Assembly: GCF_964355755.1 (NCBI RefSeq)
Contig: NC_092674.1
Span: forward strand, 15,376,001 to 15,440,000
DNA: 64,000 bases
Reading direction: 5' to 3'
Source: Antedon mediterranea
Lineage: Eukaryota; Animalia; Echinodermata
The notes beneath the pieces are model-generated. The model made no database searches, had not been told where the DNA came from, and saw only the letters and a list, made by a program, of their open reading frames with translations. The translations under genes and the position numbers were made by a program. Position 1 is the stretch's first letter. Each line of letters begins with the position of its first letter. Of the stretch, positions 14,331 through 25,831 are shown piece by piece.

Positions 14331-14407
14331 CTATCGTATTCGGACAGAAAATTTACTTCATCCGGTGACAGGGTAGCGGACGATTCACAAGCTTGTCCTG
14401 CAGCCAT
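14331..14407 (-). CDS. KDM6A: KDM6A/UTX coding exon 1 (MAAGQACESSATLSPDEVNFLSEYD)
   Basis: ATG at 14407 preceded by an in-frame TAA, |gtaagc donor, phase 2. Resembles UTX [29 protein letters not shown]. Confidence 0.88.
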
Positions 14408-15086
14408 ATCTTAATTTTTTTCTTGGATATGCAGATTCAAGGAAGTCCATTTATCATACATATAAACCATGCTGATAGTTACATTAAGTATATTCCATAA
14501 ATGTCACAAGAGCCCCAAAAATACAACACAGTACACTCTACATAGCTACAACACAGTCATTCCACGCTGTATTGCTCTGCGAGGTTAGCGCGCGGTCCAA
14601 TCAAAATGCACAATTCTGTCATATGACCATATTTAGAGGTCAAGTTCGTCGACCTTACAACTCCCTTTTTGTTTTTGTTTATTTGTATTATATCAATAAA
14701 CATAATAATAATAAACCATCAAATAAATGTTTTGTCGTACTGAATATCTCGACAACATGTATTTTATGAAAAGTTAAGTCAATCCCTGTAGTAGCGATGA
14801 TTCAAATTTCCATCTCCAAAAACCTATGGAGACGCCGCTTCAAAATCATAGAATCTTGTTTTTCATTAAAAAAAAAGTTCTTTTAGAAGCTCGGAAGGGC
14901 CACTATTCTGCATTGCACGGAAAAAACAGGAACCGTGGTTGGGGTTGCGCAGAAATGCATCCCCCTCCCCCACTTTTTTACCCCATCATTCCCTGTATCT
15001 GAAATTTATGAACCTAATGCATTTACATAATTTTTTTTCACACCTTCTTTAGTAGGCCTACAATTTTCAGGAAGTACAGGATGTTA

Positions 15087-15340
15087 TGCGCGATTTGAAC
15101 GATTTGCGCAATTTGAAATTGCGCAAAAAAAGAATTCTTGCGCAATTTAAAATTGCGCAAGGATTTTTTTGCGCAATTTCAAATTGCGCAATCAACTTGC
15201 GCAATTTCAAATTGCGCAAGAAAATCTTTGCGCAATTTTAAATTGCGCTGCACAATTTGTAAATTGCGCAAGATAGTTCTTGCGCAATATGACACCTTTG
15301 CGCAATTTGAAAACGAACTGTAAATTTTCAAATTGCGCAA
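15087..15340. repeat. Array of about 13 TTGCGCAA palindromes, mostly paired as TTGCGCAATTTNAAATTGCGCAA
   Basis: Read directly from the sequence. Confidence 0.92.
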
Positions 15341-15414
15341 CAAAATTCTACCAGACACATTCTCTCATACAACAAACGCCCTGGTGGGTGAAAATCTGTG
15401 ATAATACCATACAT

Positions 15415-15486
15415 GGCTCTGTGGTCTAGTGGTATGATACTCGCCCTGTAAGCGAGAGGTTGCAGGTTCGAATCCAGCCAGAGGCA
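15415..15486 (+). tRNA. tRNA-like gene or pseudogene, 72 nt, tRNA-Pro-like arms with a TGT (Thr) triplet at the anticodon position, followed by T6
   Basis: Acceptor GGCTCTG/CAGAGGC (1 mismatch), A box TGGTCTAGTGG, anticodon stem CTCGC/GCGAG with loop CCTGTAA (C33), T arm GCAGG-TTCGAAT-CCAGC (1 mismatch), then TTTTTT. Confidence 0.7.
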
Positions 15487-15633
15487 TTTTTTCATACAAC
15501 TAAAAAATACGGAACTTTCGCCAATGAGCTATGCTCGACGCGATTATGAGATCATGTTCCGAATATGAGCACTGTTTCTATAATTTACAGTATGATTTAT
15601 ATATAATTTACACAGTGCTACGCAACATCATTG

Positions 15634-15636
<3 letters not shown>

Positions 15637-15729
<93 letters not shown>
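15637..15729. repeat. (TA)n microsatellite, about 46 units
   Basis: Perfect dinucleotide run. Confidence 0.98.
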
Positions 15730-15731
<2 letters not shown>

Positions 15732-15944
15732 GTCCGAGTTCGAGTCTCGGTTGGGGCGACTTTTTCTCATTCTCACAGATTTCCTCATCTTTATCGTTTC
15801 AAATTAATTAATTAAATTTCAGTATATCACCGGGCGGTTTAGAATTAATGTTCTGTGCCTGATTTGTTTATATATATATAAAATACATTATGTATTTTCA
15901 ATACATAGTTTTATTATTTATTTATTTATTGTATTCATTTCACT

Positions 15945-15984
15945 TGCACTGATGAAGGGCTAGTGTTGCCCGAAAGCTCTGCTA
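15945..15984 (+). ncRNA. Minimal type-I hammerhead ribozyme (Penelope-like element / retrozyme type)
   Basis: GCA-CTGATGA-A-GGGC(tagtgtt)GCCC-GAAA-GC-TC^TGC. Both core boxes are intact, helix II is 4 G-C pairs, helix III is the palindrome AGCT, helix I is GCA/TGC. Predicted cleavage after C15979. Confidence 0.82.
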
Positions 15985-16902
15985 ACTTTTCTGGCTGTTT
16001 ACTTTATCGTTTTGATTTAGCTTTTCGCTTTATATTTTTGTATCTCCATTGAGATCCAGCCACTGATACCTACAGCATTGTCATTTTTTTCAGTAATTTG
16101 CCTTTTTATCTCGAACACTATTTTTTAAAATAGTGATTTCGAGAATAATTATTCAGTGAACTTAACATACACTGAGGGTCGGGGATAATAAATAATCAAT
16201 AATTAACATAGGAAAAATGCTAGCTAAACTATATACACACAACAGTAGATATAGGCCTAGTTAATTTTTATTTCCACATACGCGCGCATGTAAACAAGAT
16301 CCACAGAACAAATCAACTTCAAAATCAAATTGAGAATGTACATGATATTACGAATATTACATGAACAGATCTTAGTGAATCACAAACCATGTTTCCCTCA
16401 AACCAATATTTTCACCAAATATTACTTAAAATTCAGAATCTTAAATGTTACGATCCTGCTTTTAAGTTGCCGGCATTGTGAGGGTGACTTAACATTTCGA
16501 GAACAAAATATTCGTGAAGATATCAGGTACAAAACAATATCTATACTATTATCCTCTATCCAATAATTAATAATAAAAATGTTAATAAATGTTCAATTTA
16601 ATAAACATTAAATTAAAATAAATAATCACTTAGGCCTATGTTATCTTTTATACTTGAAGTGTGGAAAATAAATAATAAAACAATGGCCTTTTAATAGTTA
16701 TTTTTCCATGGCCTACAATTTCTGGAATACTTTTGAAAATAAATATATTTCAATAGTTTTAAATAATCTTAATTACCGTTGTACTCTGTTTTAAAAATGC
16801 AAATTATAAACGCTACGCGGAGACTGATGGAAAGTAGGCCTACTTTGTTCCTCCCCTCTGCTGCCAAATAAAACATTAATTGCGCTGCTGCCAAAGATTT
16901 TA

Positions 16903-17355
16903 TAGCCGAAGGCTAGAGAGCAAACTCCATTGTTAGCGTAATTCAAAAAGTGATTCTTCATCATGGCGTGGGAATCAACAAGATGGCGGCTGCAATCGAC
17001 CAATCAGATACGCCCTAGTACGTACTACTGTACTACGCTGTGTTGTACGATACCCTGTTGTACGATACGCAACTCACGCAGCCTCTATTGATCTTATGAA
17101 TGCGAACGTATTCTATATGATCCTCGTCGTATACAAAAATGCTAGAAATTATTCATTCCATTGCGATTAACAATTATATTTAATTTTATAGAAACTTCAC
17201 TGCTTTGACAAGAATATGTGTTATAATTTATGTGGTCTTAATGTATATATTATTATTATTTTTTAATAAATAATGCTTTTGAACACATTTACGTTACGTT
17301 ACATCTTGTTGGTTCCCCTCTGTTGGAATCACTTTCCAGTCTCTAGCCTTCGGCT
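16903..17355 (+). mobile_element. Older copy of the hAT-like MITE at 17405-17905
   Basis: Inverted ends agccgaaggctagag/ctctagccttcggct. Interior colinear with the adjacent copy. Confidence 0.75.
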
Positions 17356-17404
17356 TGTAACATCTCTCTCTCTCTCTCTCTGGCTGCTGCCTCTACATAT
17401 GCTG

Positions 17405-17905
17405 CAGTGATCTGTAATAGCCGAAGGCTAGATGGCTATCTTTTAATGTTATCGCAGTTCAAAAGTGATTCTCCATGGAGAGAGGGAACCAACAAGATGG
17501 CGGCTGCAATCGACCAATCAGATATGTCCTACGCTGTACGCACTGCTACGCCTGGCTGTGTTGAGCCTATCTGCGTGCGATACCCAACGCAGCGTGTTAA
17601 GCGTATAAACGCTAACGCATTCTATATTATCCTCGTTATACAACAAATGCTAGATTACCAAGAAATTATTCATTCCATTGCGATTAACAATATATTTAAT
17701 TTTATAAAAACTTCACTGTGCTTTGGCAAGAATATGTGTTGTAATTTATGTGGTCTTAATGTATTATATTAGATTTTTATTCTTTATATTAAATAATGTT
17801 TTTGAACACATTTACGGCCACGATCTTGTTGGTTTCCCCTCCTGTGTGTTGGAATCACTTTTCAGTCTGGAATACGCCCTCTAGCCTTCGGCTTACAGCT
17901 CACTG
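17405..17905 (+). mobile_element. hAT-type MITE, about 500 bp
   Basis: TIRs cagtgatctgtaatagccgaaggctaga / tctagccttcggcttacagctcactg. Flanks atatgctg/ataagctg form an 8-bp TSD with one mismatch. Confidence 0.8.
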
Positions 17906-20624
17906 ATAAGCTGACAACTATGTTGGACGTGCGAGGCGCCCCCTTTCAATTTATTCTCAATCGCAACAACTCACAAAGCTAAGGTGCTTGATCATAGTCT
18001 TATTTCACTTTTATTATTTAGGGATACTTTGACTCAGGCGGCTAGCTTGGTAAGTTTTATGTTTTCGGTGGCCCTTGTTTGGTTTATCTATACTAGGCCT
18101 ATCCTAGGCTATATACATTTGCGTAAGGGCAAAATTCAGTAAATCGTTTACTTATATTCTAGAATGTTTTAATACTCGATGGTAATTTAATAAGGTGTCA
18201 GATGTGTATGAGGCGCCATACGCAGCAAAAGTGTCACGCAAAAATACAAGTGGAAATTTTAAATGAACATTTTAAAATAATAATGTCTGATTTCTTTAAA
18301 CGTACTGTGTCTGATTTTCGCCTTGGTACAGTCTAAATGCAATGTTTAAAATAGGATTCGTCATGCTCAGTTAGACATCTCTAACCGAGCGTGATGGGTC
18401 ATTCCATTTTTTGTTGGGGAGCCAATAGGTAAATTAAACATACGTCGCAAACGCACATGTGGTAGTGGTGTATGGTACGTGGATTATTACCAAGTGCGTG
18501 AGTATAGTGGATGAGATGCGGAATCGGATGATCCACGTTGTGGATGCAATAGAGTGGCACATGTTTTTGGGTAGGGTTATTCTAATTAATTAATTAAATT
18601 TAAAAGTATTATGAATAATTTATTTATACTTATTTTACAGTTTACTACTAGTCCTATATTTATGTGTGGAACGTCGTTTACACAAAATCGCAATTCTATC
18701 ATCGCCTAAACTTACCGTAAACCCGGAAATTACTTCTACTGCGCATAGAGTTAAAATTTACCGATTGAAATCAGAAATTTTCTTATAAAACTCCTAAGAT
18801 AGAAATAACAATATCGTAATAGTGGAAACTAGTGTTATCAAATCTATGTTTTGCGGTACATCTGAGATAGATAAGCTAGGTATCCAACGCGGATTTTAGT
18901 ACCAAAGTTTTTCCATTGTGCTCACCTAATACCTGTTCGTAGGGGTTGAAAATACCAGCTTATTCCCGATTTCCGTTCGCGTGATCCAATTAACTTTTGC
19001 CTCAGGCTACAAAAAATTCGAGGTAAAATGTTCACCAAATTTGCAGGTTATTTCAGCGATAATCCAATTATACTCGGCCTTCGAGGATAATAAATTTCCG
19101 ATAGAGGCAATGTGTCAAATTTTGACAAACGTTCGCTGCCTAGGCCCGTCATTTCTCCTACGAAGCTCTTCCATACACACTTCGAGAGCGATCGTCAGCT
19201 GGTGCTGTCCTTGTTGGTGTAGACCGCTTAGTAGGCCTAGCTGGTCGGGGAGCCGCTGGTCGGTGGTGTTTCCGTCGTGTAACATTGGGCTCAAATTCTT
19301 CGTCAATGAGTAAAATAATGGTCGTCAGGAGAAGACATATTTCGGCAGGATTATCGGCGTTAAGAGGCATAAGGTTTGTCGCAAGGATAAGCAGTGTAAA
19401 AGGTAGCAAATAATTGTTATTGTAAAGAAAGATCGCGAGTAAAAAATATACAACACGAAACTAGCGTGCGAAAATGGGGTCGTAGGTTGTAAAGACAACT
19501 GACCTTAAAACGTAATTTCCGGTTTGTGATTCGTCGATTAAGCATTTAAGCGGTTAAATATTTCACGTACGAACAACGCTCAATTTATAACCCGAGGCAT
19601 GGGTGAAATTAAGCGCTTATTTTAACCACCGTACGAACACGACCCTACAGTATGTCAGAATTAACCATAATTTATAAATAGATACCGTATCTAAATAGAT
19701 TCCTGTCATTGGAATGAAATGAAAGGTAGCCCTAGCCAATTAATTGTTAATTGTTATATTTATATGGATTTTATAAACACACCTACTTTAGTGTTAAACA
19801 ATTGACCAAACAATTCTTGGCCTACAGTTAGTAAGGCTAAAATGCTTAGGCTAGACCTAGCCTAATACTAGCTTGTCTGAAAGGCAAAACTTTAACAGAC
19901 AACTTATAGGCTAATTATGGTTTTTCCAATGATTACACGTCTTGTAGAGATGTTCCCATATATTAAACAAAATCCTACACACGATCTGAAGCTAATTTAA
20001 ATGCCTTTTTAAATTAAATTAGTACATATATCTCTCCAGAAATGTACTTCCATCTTGAAAAACCGGTTATTATAACATTAAAATCGCACCGAAAGTAGAA
20101 AATAGGTGGCGCTGTTGTATTTTAAAGCAATAGTATAAAACAAAATATTTTCCAAACACGAAAAGATTTTTTTTCGTAAACAAATAAAAGTACTATTAAA
20201 CGATCGTTTAATAGTGCGTACTGTTGCACGCCATGTGACCCACATTCATCCAATCAAATCAGATCTTTTTATTTTGAGTTTTTAATATAACTATTTTTAA
20301 ATTTTGGTACAATATTTTTTTTTTTTCAGTTACTGTACTACTTAAAAATTGTTTGTATTTCTTTTCTTTTTAACTCATTGTATATTTCATAAGTGACGTA
20401 CGACTACGATAGCGATCGAGTCGGCGGTTGACTAGTTTTATTTTGTATCTGTTTGTATTTATTAATTTGTATCTGTTGAATATAGAACGCACCGTGTATG
20501 AACGGGTGCCACCGTTGTAAAGGTGTAGTTTATTTATTTAGATGTTACACAATATGTGTTATGGCCGCCCTTATGACCACCATTAGGTATCTCAACTTTC
20601 TTTTCTTCATTAGGATAGAAGAGT

Positions 20625-20780
20625 ATGTCCAAGATTAAGAGGAAACATGAGGATGAAGGTCAATCAAAACCATATAAAAAAAAACATTGGAGTCTTGGTT
20701 TACTTGACTCAATGACAGACCCAGATCTGATAGTTGAAGAAGATGACTTGGTGACAGTTATCAAAGACAAATATCCAAAG
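20625..20780 (+). CDS. APTX: Aprataxin coding exon 1 (MSKIKRKH...[32 protein letters not shown])
   Basis: Matches APTX HWSQGL..SMQDP...[10 protein letters not shown]. Basic NLS-like N-terminus; |gtactg donor, phase 0. Confidence 0.93.
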
Positions 20781-22841
20781 GTACTGTATGTTACTGTAGT
20801 ATATGTTGCAATTACAGTAGTGGTGAAGGTATCGGTTTTGATTAAGTCCAGCGAAAAATGAATGGTATGGGTTTTTAGGTTGAATATGCAATGCATACAA
20901 AACATGTGTCATTTGTTTTATCCACACCTCCTATTCTGGGGTAAACTTTTATTCAATTATTCTGCTGCTCCTCTTGAAATATTGTCGAATGTTCTTTTCT
21001 TTTTAAATGTTAGACCTTGAAGGCAGTGCCCCCATTTTAAATATGGAGGCTCCATGTTTAAAATGGGGGCACTGCCAGGGGTTTCGTTAGTAGCCGGCAA
21101 CCGGCGCATTCGACCGTCTACTTTGACATTATCGCCGGCTACTTTCTGTCTACCTAGGCCTACACGCTCCCGGCGCGAGTACTTTTATAAATCAAGAACA
21201 ATACGTACGTGTTGTATTTATTACGTTCTCGCGACGACACTATGATGATGAATTAAAATAGGATTGTAATTAAATATTTAATCAATTATTTTACCATGTA
21301 ATCTGTACACGAAAGGGACCTAAAACTCCCTGACCTATCTATGGAATTTTCCTTTGAAACTTTTCGCACTGTGTGTGTGTAGCATGCGTTTCCGAGGCAT
21401 TGTTAGAATCCTTCAACCGTGACGACCTACCCGTCAACGGCGAATACACCAACGCGATTCGCTTAAAATGACATCATACTGTATGATGTACTGATATTTC
21501 TGTGGTTGAGCCTCTCAGAATTTCACGAAAATTCGATATTTTTTATGCTATACTATTTATCTATAAACAACTTGAATTATAAACTACCTAATATTTTGAG
21601 AAAATAAACATTTTTAGCACTTAGAATTTTTTTTTATAGATTTAAATGAACATAACATGTAGAACTATATTATCTTGGCGTAGGAAAACAAATTTTAATT
21701 TGTGAGAGGCTTAACCTCGCTGAAGGTATAGGGGGGAAAGTCCCCTCCTGGACCGCATGTAGCCGTTTTGCGTTGAAAATTGTCGTACGGGCTTGTGTGG
21801 TTCGTGTCGTTAACTGTATCATATAGTTAATATGATGCATTGGAAATCAAACTTATATGATCTTTTAGATTAATAATTAGACACCAAAGCCATTTTTTCA
21901 TAATATATTTATTCTCAGAGTAATTGATAATCAAAAATTGTTTACTACTGTAGGCCTAGTGAAGAAAAATAGCACGTCAAAGAAATCGCGCGCATAGTAA
22001 CGTATCGTAGTTGAATCGTGGAAAGCAAAATACTGCTCTGGGACGCGTGCCTCTCGGACTCCCTAATAATTGACCTAGCCTAGGCCCTATATTATTATTA
22101 TTAATAATATATAATATTATTATTGAACTTCCTAACGTCATAAAATAAGGAACCACGCATTTTAAATTAATAAAGTACATGTAACAAATGGGAGTAAAAT
22201 AATTGCTAAATACGTCTGGCCAAAAAAGTTTTGTGCGTTTATATGTTGTTATTGTTATGCTATTTTTTTGTAATTACCAGTATTTTTTTTAAAACACAAA
22301 TATGCAGGGTTTTTTTTCTCAAATATTTAATATATATAAAAAATGCAATAAAAATAAATATATTTATTTCAAATTAAGCATATATATATGTGTCTGTAAA
22401 CTAGTTTAAATGACCTATATAGCTCTAGAAAGCCAGAGCTTACAGGAGCCGAAGGCCCCTGGACCCCGACCGGGGGCCCTTGGCCCTGGCCCCCAGCCAA
22501 TGGTTGTTCAATTCGCTCACAAAGTTATTTATTTATCAGTTCAAAATTCTCCTGTTACTTTTTTTTTTCTTCTTCTACTTAAAACCTTAATGCAACCCCT
22601 GACTGCGCTCTCTCAGTAAACAACAACGCATGGCAACAACTGAAACTAAACGTTTATTACAAATCTTAACACCATCATCACTTTTACATTATGGCTATAA
22701 CTAATACCGCATAATTAACCAATCAAATTGCAAGAACAAAATCAGTCGTATGTTATGATATGAAATATGAAACACAAATTTGTATTCTATATTGAACATG
22801 GTATAATGTCAATCTTCCCTGAAAACATTTCCTATATTTAA

Positions 22842-23438
22842 AGGCCAGGTGCGGGCAAAAAATTTCTATTGATCATACATTCCAATAATTATCGATCTAT
22901 AGTTTGTCCTACAGTATGTTTCATCATTTTTTAGATTTTATTTGTGTTGCACGAGCTTGTTGAAAATAAGCACTTTCTTATCAGTTCAAATTACACAGCA
23001 AAATCTCTACTCTTTTCTACACAAATGTTGTAAATAGAGAGGCATTTTTAAAAAGCTATAAAAAATAAACGGCATGGTAAAAAATGTTATCAGATGACTA
23101 AATATAGGTAATATAACTTAAATTTTACGTTTCTGGTACTTTATTCAACTTAAGAGTTTTGTTTTTATGCTATAGCAAAAGTTATCCACTGTGTATCCAC
23201 CATCTTTTTTTGACCTTCTAGGGAGTCACCAGAAATGTTATTACATTAGGCTAAACTACCTACTGTAACTACTGAAAAAAAGTCTTCCTGGTTTTCATAG
23301 CAGAATTTTGTCAAATTTTGTATTTGACCATTTTAAAGGAAATAAATTTTTTTTTTCGTCATGATTTCTATTACAAATATTTGATTTATGTACAATTAAC
23401 CAGATATTATGTTTAAAATTCATGCATGTACCTGAGCT
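22842..23438 (+). mobile_element. TTAA-flanked (Kolobok-like) MITE; inverted partial copy at 59713-60205
   Basis: ttaa|aggccaggtgc...gtacctgagct|ttaa. Interior matches the reverse complement of 59713-60205. Confidence 0.7.
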
Positions 23439-25553
23439 TTAATACATTGTTTGTTTACCCTTCAACTGTCAATCTGTATACATGATGGCAACATCTTAAG
23501 AAAATGGGAGGTGGTGTTTTTTAGGTCAATAGCACCCTCTATTTCAAATTTGTTATTCATCCCGCGTGGGGTAATTTCATCAAGGACTGAAAAATACATT
23601 TTCAAAAATACATAGTAAAATAAAAAAAATACACAAATCACATTTAAAACCTTTATTTAACAGTCTTAATAGTAATACTGGTTGCAACAAAAGAATTTAG
23701 TTTTTATTTTGTTCTACTGTACACATAGGTTCGAACTTATGAAATAGGGCATGTTCCGGTGTTTTTGATATTTACATTTAGCTAAAATTTGTTTGTCACA
23801 GAAAGATGAAATATTTCGAAATGAGCATCCGGTAATTTTCGAACATACATTTACAATTTTTACTAGCCCAGATCATGGAGAAATAAGTTAACTTATTTCT
23901 CCATGCTCAGATCGATCTTTAAGGGTAAATTGGAGAACCAACATATAAAGGAAAAGGTTAAAACACTCTCCACATAAAACATTTTTAAAATACACTTACT
24001 GTATTTACTTTAAATTCATTTAGCTTCTTTTTAGTATGTATAGTCTCTGCTTTCCCTTTTTTTTTATTAACATCAGTATTTAATCCTCAGCTGAGATTGT
24101 CTTCAAATATAGTACCAAGGTACTTATAAGAAATAACAATCTCAACTGGTTTGTTATTTAATATACTGTAGTAACCTTAGGGCTGTGTCTTTCACGTCAA
24201 AAATCATTTCCTTTGTCTTAGAAACATTCAGTTTTTAATACGAGTCATAAAAAGTCACAACAATTATTAAAAGGATCCAAAACAGGACCATGAATATATG
24301 GTCTCTATGGTCTTAAATAAAGATATTGATTAAAAAATTAAAATTTAAAAAGTTTTAAACAATTGAAAATTTATAAACACATCTTCACTGAATAAAATAA
24401 CTAAACTATCATATCAAGGTAAAGTATGCTCACCCTGATCAAGACAGGACATTTAATCTGGAGCGGATTGCTATAAAACATAACTGATGGTTTAAACTCC
24501 CGGTTAAGCCAGCTTTATCAGATAGACGGTCTTACTTAAGCCAGACCTGTTAGATTATTGCTATAAAACACACTTACCACGTTCAGTAACAAATTGAGGG
24601 TGCACTTAACGCGTAGAATACCAAATAAGATATTGTTCGTCATGCTTGCTCAATTCACATGACATTGAGATAATAACAATGATCTTATATATAAATCTAT
24701 GTACATTTATAAATAAGATCATCATTTTCATCTGAATTCAGTCTGGACCCAAAACTGTCATAGTTACCTCTTATTTATCATAATACTGCTGTCAATTAAC
24801 TGCTCCATCACATCATCATCACATGAATTTACAGATTCGAAGGCAGGCACACCCTACTAGAATATATAATTTGTCAATACGTAGCTACAAACAATCACCA
24901 TTCAATTGCGTTTCGAGCCAACAATTACGACTGTCGTGGGTCAATTAAATTCAACAGTATGGCCATCATTTATACGGCGAAGATTTCTTCAATCATGAGG
25001 CAAACACACACTTGTATACTTAATCAGTTAATGCATCAATGCGTAACAGTAGAGAACATTCAACCAATGAAAGACCAGGTCTTTTCTATCGTAACTCAAG
25101 TGAGACATTACAAAGGGCTAGACATTCTCGAGGTGTTACCTGTGCCAAGAGGTTGTTTTTATTCCTGTATGCTTATTTTTTAGTTTGGCTATCAACAGCC
25201 TACAGTATGCCACATGTATCATAATCTCACTTGATCACAATGATCCATTATTCAGGGATAGTACTATTTTAAGGGGTAGGGACCTGATAATGTACAGTAC
25301 AATGATTTATATACATGCACAAATTGATGTCTTGTATACATTTACGTACTCTTTGTATGTCTACCAGCAATAAACAAAGTCTTACTAATTAATACTAAAC
25401 TTATTATAATACTTTAACAATAAATATTGTTTTTGGATTTGCAGTGTTCACCACGATAATGAATAACAATAATGAACATTAGTATTACTTTTAAACATTC
25501 CATGATTTGTCCTAAATAGTGCTAAATAATAATGGCAGTGAAAAATGCGGAAT

Positions 25554-25831
25554 TTAACAGTGCTTAACAAGGTTGTGTGACTGTGACTCCTTCTGATAAT
25601 ACTCAATATCAGAATCATACAGCTCACTCTTATTGGTCAAATTATACTTTGAGAACAGAATACACGACTTATTCACTCGATGAATTTGAAGTCCCTTACA
25701 ACATGTTTGCTGCAAACACATCTTTACACAGTCCAACTTTGACGAGTTGATACTGCTAAATATGTTAGTTCCTGTAATACTGCTTGGTGGCTTCAACTTC
25801 ACAAATTTTCCATTTGAATCAAAATTCCAAG
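25554..25831 (-). CDS. Nested secreted-protein gene, exon 6 (PAN/apple-like domain and stop)
   Basis: ttttttaaccaacag| acceptor, phase 1. Reads SWNFDSNGKFVK...SKLDCVKMCLQQTCCKGLQIHRVNKSCILFS...IEYYQK...C*, a C-x3-C-x5-C...C-x-L PAN pattern. Confidence 0.8.

Noticed and set aside
15531-15815. ORF with a (YI)n run
   Set aside because: Translation of the (TA)n microsatellite.
18930-19650. GC-richer ORFs at 18981-19409 between weak inverted repeats
   Set aside because: No recognisable domain or splice structure; probably a decayed DNA transposon, too weak to call.
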